Source: an uncultured Gammaproteobacteria bacterium (lineage in GTDB: Bacteria; Patescibacteriota; Microgenomatia; Levybacterales; UBA12049). From it: a DNA stretch of 64,000 nt. The stretch is from positions 15,218-79,217 of the forward strand of contig CAZCCG010000004.1 of the NCBI GenBank assembly GCA_964497535.1, written 5' to 3'. The translations under genes were made by a program, and so were the position numbers. The notes beneath the pieces are model-generated. The model did not search any database. It was given only the letters and a program-made list of their open reading frames with translations, and was not told the DNA's origin. Within the stretch, counting starts at the first letter, position 1; every line of letters starts with the position of its first letter. Positions 10,171 to 19,371 of the stretch are shown here, piece by piece.

Positions 10171-10248
10171 ATTATTCACCATAGTGTACTTGAAATCATT
10201 TGCATTACGAAGATTCTAATTTAAAACTTTGCGCTTTGAACTTTCAAC

Positions 10249-10521
10249 TTACTGAGGCCAGACTTGTTTTACTTCATTTCCCGCTTCATCAACTTCAACG
10301 ATAATTATTGCGTTCACCGGACATGATTTTGAAGCATTCAGGATATTTTGTTCTGTGTCATTGATATCGGCATAGTTGACAAAATCCGATGTCATCGTGC
10401 CGTCCTTTTTCTTGATAACAGCTTTACCTTCACTATCCAGATCAAATGCCTGAGGAGCTACTGCGACACAACTTGCCGCACCAATACACATTTCTCGATC
10501 AACTTTTACTTTATATGGCAT
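10249..10521 (-). CDS. Ferredoxin (single cluster, probably 3Fe-4S)
   Basis: CIGAASC...CPVNAI; the second Cys of CxxCxxC is replaced by Ala. Confidence 0.9.
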   Translation of the reverse strand: MPYKVKVDREMCIGAASCVAVAPQAFDLDSEGKAVIKKKDGTMTSDFVNYADINDTEQNILNASKSCPVNAIIIVEVDEAGNEVKQVWPQ

Positions 10522-10525
10522 AGTT

Positions 10526-10909
10526 TTATGTTAGACAATCTTGAAGTACCGCAAAAGCCAACAGCGCACATTTCTTTCGTGTCTGCGAAACTTCAATTCC
10601 AAGTAAATTCAGCATATCGTTTTCGTTCATTTTTGTCAACTCTGCTTTTGTTTTTCCTTTTACGTGTTCGGTCAAAATTGACGCACTTGCTATAGCGATG
10701 GCACATCCTTTACCCTGAAACGAAATGTTTTTAATCCCTGTGTCCCTCCTGTCCCTTTTTCCCCCTTTGTCCCATTTTATATACAGTTCTATTTCATCTC
10801 CGCAAAAAGGATTTAATTGCGTTGAGGTACTATCAAATACGAACGGTTTTCCATAGTTTTGCGGCTCCCGATAATGCTCCAGAATTTCTTCTTTATATAG
10901 CATGTCCAT
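10526..10909 (-). CDS. sufU: SufU/IscU-type Fe-S scaffold or sulfur-transfer protein
   Basis: LYKEEILEHY, NPFCGD, GCAIA.AS, RKKCALL motifs. Confidence 0.9.
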   Translation of the reverse strand: MDMLYKEEILEHYREPQNYGKPFVFDSTSTQLNPFCGDEIELYIKWDKGGKRDRRDTGIKNISFQGKGCAIAIASASILTEHVKGKTKAELTKMNENDMLNLLGIEVSQTRKKCALLAFAVLQDCLT

Positions 10910-10933
10910 AGGATAGTTATTTTACCATATTCA

Positions 10934-11704
10934 CTACACCTCTATTGTAACTATCAAAGGCAGATGATCTGAGATATCCACTTGAGGCATACAATGCTCT
11001 GCAACCGCAATATCCGAACTTACAAATACCATATCTACCACTGCTGTTGCATACCCCGGATTTTTCTTTTGTTTCATATTAAAAGTAGAAACCAGTTCGT
11101 CTTTAAAAACATTTTTGAGATGTTTTTGGATATTTTGAATCGTTTGGGTAGCCGGACGTAAATTAAAATCTCCTGCCAGAATAACTGAATCCATATCTTG
11201 AATTTGGTCAATAATTGTATTACTCATATGTATCCTCCGCGGGTTATCCCCACCGTCTAATCCCCATATCCCATGAGTATTAAAAAGATGTAAATTTTTA
11301 TGAGGCAATTGGACGATTACATGTTGCAGGTTATGCGGCCAGAAAGTAAAATCTCCATCTTTTTTCGCATTTTCTTCATTTTCACTATATTCACCATACG
11401 GTACATCATAAAAAATTGTTTCTTTTTCTTCCAATGGAAATTTAGAAAAAATTGCGTTTCCCTGATCTACTTTTCCAAAGTCTGCCCTGTCTAGCATCTC
11501 GGCGGCAAAACGTACATAAGGAAGTGATAACTCAAGCTGTAATACCTCAACTGTTCGATATCGCCGCTCCCACTTTGAATTGGTACCGTTATAAACTTCT
11601 TGGAGACAGAGTATATCTGCATTTGCATTTTTTAAAAAATGCAAAAGGTTATCCATGAACCTTCCCCCATGCAAAATATTGAGATTAATTATTTTTAGTT
11701 TCAT
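10934..11704 (-). CDS. Endonuclease/exonuclease/phosphatase (EEP) family protein
   Basis: NLNI, LCLQEV, GNAIFSK, NTH, GDFN, ISDHLP motifs. Confidence 0.9.
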   Translation of the reverse strand: MKLKIINLNILHGGRFMDNLLHFLKNANADILCLQEVYNGTNSKWERRYRTVEVLQLELSLPYVRFAAEMLDRADFGKVDQGNAIFSKFPLEEKETIFYDVPYGEYSENEENAKKDGDFTFWPHNLQHVIVQLPHKNLHLFNTHGIWGLDGGDNPRRIHMSNTIIDQIQDMDSVILAGDFNLRPATQTIQNIQKHLKNVFKDELVSTFNMKQKKNPGYATAVVDMVFVSSDIAVAEHCMPQVDISDHLPLIVTIEV

Positions 11705-12398
11705 CTTCTGTTAGCAGATTGTATAAGACAGGAAACAGTTTTTCTTCCCATTTTGAATATTCTTTTGCACTCGGATGGAGACCATCATATGTCTGTAATG
11801 TTCTATCATTTCCCATTTCTTTTGACAAGCCTGTTACATCAACAACCGGTATACTGCGTCTTTGTGCTTCTTCTTTAATAATCTGGTTGAATTGGTTGAT
11901 TTGTACTAGAACAGTATCTTTACCATAATATTTATGCCAAAATGGTGTCACTGAAAAATCAGGAATTGTCAAAAGTACGATCTTATTCTTTTGCGGCAGC
12001 CGTGATTGAATATAATCTAGAATATAAGAAAGGTTTTTTGCAAATGTTTCAGAAGAAACTCCCTGGACTATATCATTCGTACCCAGCATTACCGTAGCAA
12101 TGATTGGATGAGATGAATCAACAACAGGTAATTCAAATTCTATGGCATCTTGTGTTGTATACCCTGTTATCGAAGGATTTGCTACTAATGTAATCGGTAT
12201 TCCCGCAGATTGTAAGTGCCGGGTTACCAGTGATGGGTAATTATGAGCAGTATCAACATTTTGACCAATAGTATATGAATCACCAATTGCGATATAAGCA
12301 ATTGTAGCGTTATTATTTTTTATCGGAACGTTGGGGACTTTCTGCATAACAATAACTACCAGAAATAATACCACTACAATCGTTAGAACTTTACGCAC
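11685..12398 (-). CDS. SGNH/GDSL hydrolase, membrane-anchored or secreted
   Basis: GDSYT, GTND, DGLHP blocks; N-terminal hydrophobic segment. Confidence 0.9.
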   Translation of the reverse strand: MRKVLTIVVVLFLVVIVMQKVPNVPIKNNNATIAYIAIGDSYTIGQNVDTAHNYPSLVTRHLQSAGIPITLVANPSITGYTTQDAIEFELPVVDSSHPIIATVMLGTNDIVQGVSSETFAKNLSYILDYIQSRLPQKNKIVLLTIPDFSVTPFWHKYYGKDTVLVQINQFNQIIKEEAQRRSIPVVDVTGLSKEMGNDRTLQTYDGLHPSAKEYSKWEEKLFPVLYNLLTEDETKNN

Positions 12399-12422
12399 AT
12401 TGAAAGTATACCAAATACTATA

Positions 12423-13196
12423 TTACTGTAGGTTATATTTTTGTTTGAGGTTATACAAAAACCGGTCTTTTACTACAATATCCTGCAATATTTCAAGTTC
12501 CATCTTATCAAATAACTTATCTTTCTCCTCTTTAGATTTTTTAAGCCACGAGTACCACTGTGATTTTTTGAGTGATTGGTAATTAGCGGCAATCCTGATA
12601 ATTGCATTTTCTATTGTCGAATATACGTTGTGTAATTGTTCAACCGAATAGTCTTCTATATGTTCTATTGATTGTTTCTCATGTATTTGAGCCAGTGTTG
12701 CATAATCATGCTTGCGATATGCTATATTAATCTGCTTCATAATTTCTTCCCTGTTTTTTCTATCATCCGGGCTTTGTGCCAAATCCGGATGAAATAAATG
12801 AACTAATTTTTTCCAAAGTTTTTTAATATCTTCTTTTTCTTCTCCCTCAGTTTCCTCAAAAGCACTCATATCAAAAAAGAACGATTCATCGGATTCATCT
12901 GATTTCCTGAATTGTTTCTTTACTTCTTTCAAAGCCTCTTCATAAGACAAACCTTTATCCATAAGACTATTTATCTTTTTATATTGTATGATTTGCAAAT
13001 CCAAAGCATTATCGCGAATATAGTGGGTGCCGACACGCCGGTTATATTCCTGTTGGACTGCGGTAATTCGCATTTCAAGCTCTTCATATTTTTCAGTGAC
13101 GGTAAAAAGAGCTTTTTTACGCTTTTCGATCACTTTTTGCAATCGTTGTTGTTCTTTCTCCAAATCGCTGAGATGAAGTATCAGATTATTTTGCAT
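12423..13196 (-). CDS. Coiled-coil plus J-domain protein
   Basis: WKKLVHLFHPDL...MKQINIAY J-domain with HPD; likely start MQNNL at 13196 because the longer ORF runs into the structured element. Confidence 0.75.
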   Translation of the reverse strand: MQNNLILHLSDLEKEQQRLQKVIEKRKKALFTVTEKYEELEMRITAVQQEYNRRVGTHYIRDNALDLQIIQYKKINSLMDKGLSYEEALKEVKKQFRKSDESDESFFFDMSAFEETEGEEKEDIKKLWKKLVHLFHPDLAQSPDDRKNREEIMKQINIAYRKHDYATLAQIHEKQSIEHIEDYSVEQLHNVYSTIENAIIRIAANYQSLKKSQWYSWLKKSKEEKDKLFDKMELEILQDIVVKDRFLYNLKQKYNLQ

Positions 13197-13259
13197 ATGA
13201 ATTGTATATGATATCAAAAATGTGGGAAAATAACAAAAAGACAGCCTGAAAACGCAAAT

Positions 13260-13944
13260 AGCGCCGAGTGAAAAAGGCGTTCTTGCTGACGAATAGTCAA
13301 AAACTGTGCAATGTACAGTTACTGATATGTATCGATCGGAAACCAATCACTCGGCGCTTGAAAGCACCTGAGAAAAGAATTGTTAGGCAGGGGAGAGACG
13401 GGGAATATCCCCGCCTCTCCCCACAACCACCCGCAAGAGAAGCGTAGCGATCAGCTCCTGGCGAAGTGGCCGGCCAACGGGGTGAGGGCGGACGAAGTCA
13501 GGCCATGGATCTTTGGCACATGCTGTGCTAACATCGGTACCTCCCCGAAACGACACTCGGGACTACCCCGAGTTGTCAAAAAAACCACCAAGGGTTTGCC
13601 AGAGAAAAGCTCCCGCTAGGCCGTAGCGAGACGGGAGATGTGGCGAAGATGGACGAAACCCAGACCCCCCTGATCAGATCCCAAACCAAATGGGCGAGTC
13701 GCGAGACCGAACCATGTGGTACCCCCCATTAAAACGGATCCGCAGTTTATTCCTGCAAGGGCAGCCCTTTCTCCACACCACCTACAGTCCTAGGTGGCCA
13801 GTGGAAAGAAAAGATAAATAGTTATCTACTCATTCCACCGGTCACACTAAAAAATGGTATACAATTCTTAATAAACTCAACGTGCTAAAAAAAGAGAGGA
13901 ATTATTTATATGGCTGAATTTAGCTCTACAATAACTCCTGCCAA
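13260..13944 (-). ncRNA. Putative large structured RNA, unit 1 (unknown family)
   Basis: GC-rich island with stacked hairpins (13897-13939, 13794-13845, 13778-13797, 13390-13422, 13260-13358); most mismatches become G-U on the minus strand; no convincing long ORF. Confidence 0.55.
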
Positions 13945-13949
13945 ACGAA

Positions 13950-13978
13950 ATACTAACAGAGATGATATACAAAATCAA
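13950..13978 (-). promoter_or_regulatory. Sigma70-type promoter for unit 1
   Basis: Minus strand TTGATT-17 nt-TAGTAT with TGn extension. Confidence 0.6.
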
Positions 13979-14005
13979 TAACCATTTCTTTGATATAATC
14001 ACGAG

Positions 14006-14500
14006 ATGGAATACAAAAATGTAGTTACAAATTTCGTGAAGGCATGGAATTTTACCAGGTCCGAAACCGTAGAAATCCTGCAGAGTCTCGATGATGATAA
14101 ATTACAGTTTCAACCAAAAGGAGAAAAGTGGCAATCGCTCTATTGGCAATTTGGCTGCATGGGGCGAACCCAGATAGTCTATACGCAGGCAATTATAACT
14201 GGCCGTATGGATTTTTCGCTCTTTCATTCAGACCAACTTCCGAAAAAGAATGATTTTCAGACAAAAGAGCAAATACAGGATTTTTTGGGAAAAGCGAATA
14301 AGGATTGGAGAGAGGCAATTGTATCACGAAGAAAAGAGGAAAATTTTACAGTGAAGTGGCCGGGATTTAACAAACCATTCATTAACCACATAGCAAGCCT
14401 TGCAGAACATGAACGGCTCCATCATGGACAATTGATTTCTTATTTTACAATGGCTGATTTTCAATTACCAAAAATCTTTAAATCAAATTGGGCATTATAA
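14006..14500 (+). CDS. DinB/YfiT-like four-helix protein
   Basis: TR.ET..IL..L.D..L.FQP and HERLHHGQ motifs; TGaTATAAT 6 nt upstream. Confidence 0.8.
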   Translation: MEYKNVVTNFVKAWNFTRSETVEILQSLDDDKLQFQPKGEKWQSLYWQFGCMGRTQIVYTQAIITGRMDFSLFHSDQLPKKNDFQTKEQIQDFLGKANKDWREAIVSRRKEENFTVKWPGFNKPFINHIASLAEHERLHHGQLISYFTMADFQLPKIFKSNWAL

Positions 14501-14520
14501 CTACCTCTTTAAACGATTGA

Positions 14521-15340
14521 GCGCCGTGAATTAAAAGAACTTGAGAGATTGTGGTATACAACTGTCACTTCATTATGCAACAACTGTTACGCATTCTCTT
14601 CTGCTCCAATCCACGGCGCAATGGGAACCAAAACATACGAAAATCCTTTCGAAAAAGCGATGGAACACCCACCGGACAGCAAGGTAGGGCTCCTTACCGA
14701 TCCGATGGGTGTCTCCCAAAGCTTTAGCCAGACGGCTGAGTTGCCATCAGGCTACCGGATAGATCAACCGGGACGGGGAGACAGGCCGAGCTGAGTTCTC
14801 ATCTTGGGATCGGACAAGACCACCACGAGCGTAGCGACGAGATACAGAACCACGAGGACTGGGACTGCCGGCAAGGCTAAATTTGCCACTGCCACCCAAG
14901 CCAGGACGGCACCGCCGCCGTAGACCCCGAAGGCTACCAATGCAGGGGTCGAGCCCTTCTCCAGCATGAGAAGCACTACGCCCAAGACAATCATGGGAGC
15001 CAAAAGCGCCACGCCGAGCATGAGCCGGTCGACCAGGAATAAAGAAACCACGTAGGCTGCCAGAGGCACGAGAACTCGCAACATGTTGTTGTCCTCCTTG
15101 GACTGAAACGAACCACGTGCAGCTTCACCTATCCTCCTTTCTCCATGACTCTACGAGTCTTGAATGAAAGTGCCCTGTAGGACCAGGCGAAGAACCGCCA
15201 AGAAAAGACTTATATAAATCTTCTCTTGGCGATTCTCAGCCCGAACACATACCTATCTAAAAGAATTTTCGTAATTGTTAATGTACAGAAAAATTGGCAG
15301 AATAATACAAAACGCATTTTGCTTTGTACTATGGATTGCC
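14521..15340 (-). ncRNA. Putative structured transcript, unit 2 (structured UTRs around a GC-rich membrane-protein ORF)
   Basis: Hairpins 15296-15340, 15191-15236 (21-22 bp, 3 G-U on minus), 14725-14754, 14662-14716, 14521-14619; same order as unit 1. Confidence 0.55.
14764..15084 (-). CDS. GC-rich small hydrophobic membrane protein (about 4 TM), unknown function
   Basis: 106 aa, nearly all hydrophobic; SD AAGGAGG 8 nt before ATG; sampled lines about 60% GC against AT-rich flanks. Confidence 0.7.
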   Translation of the reverse strand: MLRVLVPLAAYVVSLFLVDRLMLGVALLAPMIVLGVVLLMLEKGSTPALVAFGVYGGGAVLAWVAVANLALPAVPVLVVLYLVATLVVVLSDPKMRTQLGLSPRPG

Positions 15341-15346
15341 AGAAGC

Positions 15347-15355
15347 ATCGTAACA
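15347..15355 (-). promoter_or_regulatory. Extended -10 promoter for unit 2
   Basis: Minus strand TGtTACGAT just upstream of the 5' hairpin. Confidence 0.5.
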
Positions 15356-15416
15356 ACGGACGAGCAAAAAGAATGTAATTCAGATTACATACTTACAAGT
15401 CATAGAGGATTATAGT

Positions 15417-16631
15417 TTATTTTTCGAGAAATATTTTTTGTGCCTTTTTAATTCCTTTTATCAGATTATCTACATCTTTTTTATCATTATAGAGATAAAA
15501 ACTGACACGTGCTGTCGCCGGTAATCCCAATGTTGTATGCAAAGGCATTGCACAATGATGTCCGGCACGGATACAAATCCCCTCTTCACCTAAAACTTGC
15601 GCAATATCATGAGGATGGATTCCATCAATTGTAAAACTAATAATTCCACTCCTCTTGGTACTAACTTTTGGTCCATATATTCGCATTCCTTCAATCTTTT
15701 CCATACACTCTAAGCAATACGCTATTAGCATTCTCTCCTGTTTTGCAATCGTATCCATTCCAATACTGTCCAGATAATCAATAGCTGCACCCAGACTAAT
15801 AATTCCCGAAATATCAGGAGTTCCTGCTTCAAACTTATCGGGAACCTTAGCAAACGTTGTCTGATCAATTGTAACTTTCCTAACCATTTCCCCACCAAAT
15901 AAAAAGGGAGGCATGTCCTCAAGTAATTTTTTCCGACCATATAAGACCCCTATTCCTGTTGATGCCATCATTTTGTGTCCGGAGAATACCAGAAAATCAC
16001 ATCCCAAATCCTGAACATCAACTTTCATATGAGGGACAGATTGCGCAGCATCTACTAAAACTATTAAACTCGGATTTATCTTTTTACAATCAGCTATTAT
16101 TTTTTTTAATGGATTTATTGTTCCCAAAACATTTGATACATGAGTAATCGCTAATAATTTCGCCTTTTTAATATTTAATATTTTATCTTTAATATCGAGG
16201 AAACCATTATCATTAATACCAATAACTTCAAACAAAACTTGCTTTTTTAAAGCAAGTTGCTGCCAAGGAACAAAGTTACTATGATGTTCCATAATCGTCC
16301 CTGCGATTACATCATCAGGATTTATATTTATATCTCCCCACGTATTCATGACCAAGTTAATTGCCTCAGTAGTATTGCGAACAAAAATAATCTCTGATGA
16401 TTCTGAAGCATTCAGAAATGCTGCAACTTTTTGTCTTACTTCTTCAACTTTTGCAGTAGCTCTCTCAGCAATTGGATAAAGCCCCCGCTTTACATTCGCA
16501 TTATAATTTTTGTAATAGTTCATCAGGGCATCCAAAACTATCTGAGGTTTTTGACTCGTTGCCGCAGAATCCAAATAAACTAACTTCTTATTATTTTTTA
16601 AAATCGGAAAATCGTTTTTATAACTTTTCAT
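15417..16631 (-). CDS. sufS: Cysteine desulfurase SufS
   Basis: YLDSAATSQKP, EHHSN, SGHKM (PLP Lys), RAGHHCA. Confidence 0.95.
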   Translation of the reverse strand: MKSYKNDFPILKNNKKLVYLDSAATSQKPQIVLDALMNYYKNYNANVKRGLYPIAERATAKVEEVRQKVAAFLNASESSEIIFVRNTTEAINLVMNTWGDININPDDVIAGTIMEHHSNFVPWQQLALKKQVLFEVIGINDNGFLDIKDKILNIKKAKLLAITHVSNVLGTINPLKKIIADCKKINPSLIVLVDAAQSVPHMKVDVQDLGCDFLVFSGHKMMASTGIGVLYGRKKLLEDMPPFLFGGEMVRKVTIDQTTFAKVPDKFEAGTPDISGIISLGAAIDYLDSIGMDTIAKQERMLIAYCLECMEKIEGMRIYGPKVSTKRSGIISFTIDGIHPHDIAQVLGEEGICIRAGHHCAMPLHTTLGLPATARVSFYLYNDKKDVDNLIKGIKKAQKIFLEK

Positions 16632-17200
16632 GCCAAAATATGGTCCAATTGTTTTTTTACAACTACTTGTTCTACCCCTGGTAATTGGAGAATAAGCGGG
16701 TTAAAAAATCCTCGGATAATCAGTTTTTCTGCTTCTTGCTCCGACAACCCTCTGCTTCGCAAATAAAACATTTGATTCTCATCAGGCCGTCCAATCGTTG
16801 AAGCATGACCAGCTTTCAGATCATTTTCATCAATTTCCAAAGAAGGAACAGATCGTCCTTTTGAGTCATCAAATAACAAGATTTTTGAAGCAAAATATCC
16901 ATCAGCACCCTTAGCACCCTTGGCAATATGGATCATCCCATCATTGTTAAATGTGGCATGGTTTTTAAATACCCCCCGTATTGTGGTAAGACTTTTGGTA
17001 CGCTGCCCTTTGTGAGTAACATGAGTATTAAATACTATAGAAGAATTCCCCGTTCCATAAAATAACCCTACGATTTTTGCAGTTGAATTATTTCCTAACA
17101 ATTTGACAGAGATTAAAACTTCCGTTTCATCTCCGTTTATCCATACAAACGGAATAACTTTCTCTTCTCCAGCTTTTATAACAAACTTTAATTCCTTCAT
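16628..17200 (-). CDS. sufD: SufD family protein (short form)
   Basis: PSLEIDENDLKAGHAST, FYLRSRGL; located between sufB and sufS. Confidence 0.9.
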   Translation of the reverse strand: MKELKFVIKAGEEKVIPFVWINGDETEVLISVKLLGNNSTAKIVGLFYGTGNSSIVFNTHVTHKGQRTKSLTTIRGVFKNHATFNNDGMIHIAKGAKGADGYFASKILLFDDSKGRSVPSLEIDENDLKAGHASTIGRPDENQMFYLRSRGLSEQEAEKLIIRGFFNPLILQLPGVEQVVVKKQLDHILA

Positions 17201-17243
17201 TTTTCATTTCCTATATACTAAATACTAGATACAATATACGATT

Positions 17244-18647
17244 TTACCCCACGGCACCGGTCATTTCCAGTTGAATCAAACGATTCAGCTCAACCGCGTA
17301 TTCCATTGGTAACTCACGAACAATCGGCTCTACAAATCCATTCACAATCATTACTTCTGCTTGTGCTTGAGAGATTCCACGTGATTGAAAATAAAACAAT
17401 TGTTCTTCTCCTATTTTTGAAACAGAGGCCTCATGCCCGATTGTAACCCGCTCCTCATTAATTTCCATCGTGGGATAGGTATCAGAACGGCTTTTTTCAT
17501 CTAAAATAAGCGCGTCACACCTGACAGTAGATTTAGAATTTTTTGCACCTTTTATAACCTTTAGTAATCCTCTATATGACGTCCGCCCGCCATCTTTTGA
17601 AATCGATTTAGATGTAATAACGGAAGTTGTTTCAGGAGCTAAATGAATTGCCTTTCCCCCCGCATCCTGATGTTGGCCCTTGCCCGCAAACGCGAGAGAT
17701 AATATTTCTCCCCGGGCCTTTCTTCCCTTTAAATAAATGGAAGGATATTTCATTGTAAGCTGGGAACCCAAATTACCGTCAATCCATTCTCCAAAGCCTT
17801 CCTCCTCGACAAACATGCGCTTGGTTACTAAGTTATAAACATTCTTACTCCAATTTTGAATAGTAGTATATCGAACCCGCGCTCCTTTTTTGACAAGAAT
17901 TTCTACAACAGCGGAATGAAGGGAATCGGTTGTAAAAATAGGGGCAGTGCATCCTTCAACATAATGAACATATGACCCCTCATCGGCAATAATTAATGTT
18001 CTCTCAAATTGACCCATATTCTTAGCATTAATACGAAAATACGCCTGGAGCGGCAGTTCAACGTGCACTCCTTTGGGAACATAAATAAATGACCCTCCTG
18101 ACCATACGGCAGTATTTAAAGCGGCAAATTTATTGTCTGCCGCAGGAATGATTGTTCCAAAATATTGTTTGATGATTTCAGGATATTTATGAATTGCCGT
18201 ATCCGTATCACAAAAAATGACACCCTTTTTTTCGAGCATTTTTGAAATACTATGATAGACAACTTCCGAATCATACTGTGCTCCTACCCCTGCAAGAAAT
18301 TTTCTCTCAGCCTGCGGAATTCCGATTTTCTCATAGGTATTTCGAATATCATCGGGTAGAAGATCCCAGGAAGCAGCCTGTTTTTCGGTAGATTTTACAT
18401 AGTAATAAATATTGTCAAAGTTTATCCGGGTAAGATCTCCTCCCCACATTGGCAATTGCTTGGCAAAAAAAAGCTTTAATGCTTTCAGCCGGATATCCAG
18501 CATCCATGATGGTTCATTTTTGATTCCGGAAATTTCTCGTACTGTTTTTTCCGATAGCCCTTTTTGAGTTGAATAAAATGGTTGCTCTTTATCATGAAAA
18601 CCAAATGGATAGGACACATCAAACTGCTGCATATCCCTCCTTTTCAA
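17244..18647 (-). CDS. sufB: Fe-S cluster assembly protein SufB
   Basis: [27 protein letters not shown] motifs; start may be 18632. Confidence 0.97.
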   Translation of the reverse strand: MKRRDMQQFDVSYPFGFHDKEQPFYSTQKGLSEKTVREISGIKNEPSWMLDIRLKALKLFFAKQLPMWGGDLTRINFDNIYYYVKSTEKQAASWDLLPDDIRNTYEKIGIPQAERKFLAGVGAQYDSEVVYHSISKMLEKKGVIFCDTDTAIHKYPEIIKQYFGTIIPAADNKFAALNTAVWSGGSFIYVPKGVHVELPLQAYFRINAKNMGQFERTLIIADEGSYVHYVEGCTAPIFTTDSLHSAVVEILVKKGARVRYTTIQNWSKNVYNLVTKRMFVEEEGFGEWIDGNLGSQLTMKYPSIYLKGRKARGEILSLAFAGKGQHQDAGGKAIHLAPETTSVITSKSISKDGGRTSYRGLLKVIKGAKNSKSTVRCDALILDEKSRSDTYPTMEINEERVTIGHEASVSKIGEEQLFYFQSRGISQAQAEVMIVNGFVEPIVRELPMEYAVELNRLIQLEMTGAVG

Positions 18648-19371
18648 TAATTCTTACCAGAGCCATTTTCCCCGACTTTTTAATTAATCCATCCATAAGG
18701 ACATGAACATAGGTGGGTCGTAAATAATGAAGAATTCGTTGGTAATGAGTAATCAAAAGTATACCAATATTATATTGTTTTACTGCCGATTGTATTGCTG
18801 TCGCAACAACTTTGAGACTATCTACATCAAGACCTGAATCTATTTCATCCAAAATTGCGAATTTGGGTTTGAGTACCAAAAGTTGCGCTATTTCCGCACG
18901 TTTTTTCTCCCCTCCTGAAAACCCTTCATTTAAAGATCGTTGCATAAATTCTTGTGGTAAATTTACAGCCTTCAATGCTTCCCCAACTATCTTTTTAAAT
19001 TCTGAAAGGGGGATTTTTTGCTCAGGATATAATGCCTTATATGCTGTTCTTAGAAATGCCAGTACAGAGACACCGCTTATCTCAACAGGCTGCTGGAAAG
19101 AGATAAATAGACCCATTCGTGCCTTTTCCTCAGGCAATAATTCCTTCATATCTTTTGTGTTTATTTGGAACTTGAACTTTGAAACATGATCTTGAATAGT
19201 ATATCCGGGACTGCCCATCAAACTTAATGCCAATGTAGTTTTTCCTGCACCGTTGGGGCCCATAATTGCATGTACTTCTCCGCTTTTTATTTCTAAATTA
19301 ATTCCTTTTAGAATTTCTTTATCTGCAATACCTGAATGTAAGTTTTTAACAGTTAAAATATTTTTTTTCAT
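18619..19371 (-). CDS. sufC: Fe-S cluster assembly ATPase SufC
   Basis: [34 protein letters not shown]; start reassigned to MKKNIL, overlapping the rrf2 stop. Confidence 0.95.
   Translation of the reverse strand: MKKNILTVKNLHSGIADKEILKGINLEIKSGEVHAIMGPNGAGKTTLALSLMGSPGYTIQDHVSKFKFQINTKDMKELLPEEKARMGLFISFQQPVEISGVSVLAFLRTAYKALYPEQKIPLSEFKKIVGEALKAVNLPQEFMQRSLNEGFSGGEKKRAEIAQLLVLKPKFAILDEIDSGLDVDSLKVVATAIQSAVKQYNIGILLITHYQRILHYLRPTYVHVLMDGLIKKSGKMALVRIIEKEGYAAV

Noticed and set aside
13380-13619. 79-aa + strand ORF, and the similar 14549-14794 ORF
   Set aside because: TTG starts without SD or promoter, no protein-like motifs, antisense to the structured minus-strand units; likely GC-driven open frames
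13390-13780. tmRNA on + strand (GGGGAGA...TTTCTCCACACCA could form an Ala-like acceptor stem with G3-U)
   Set aside because: No T-arm (GGTTCRA), no 5' TCGAC motif, the 3' end is not ACCA directly after the stem, and the 5' G-run is locked in a local hairpin whose G-U bias favours the minus strand
13260-15340. RNase P RNA, retron msr-msd, or integron attC array as the explanation for the structured units
   Set aside because: No GAGGAAAGTCC or CGGCTTA P4 motifs; no reverse transcriptase or integron integrase in the window; the 100-nt domains lack RYYYAAC/GTTRRRY ends
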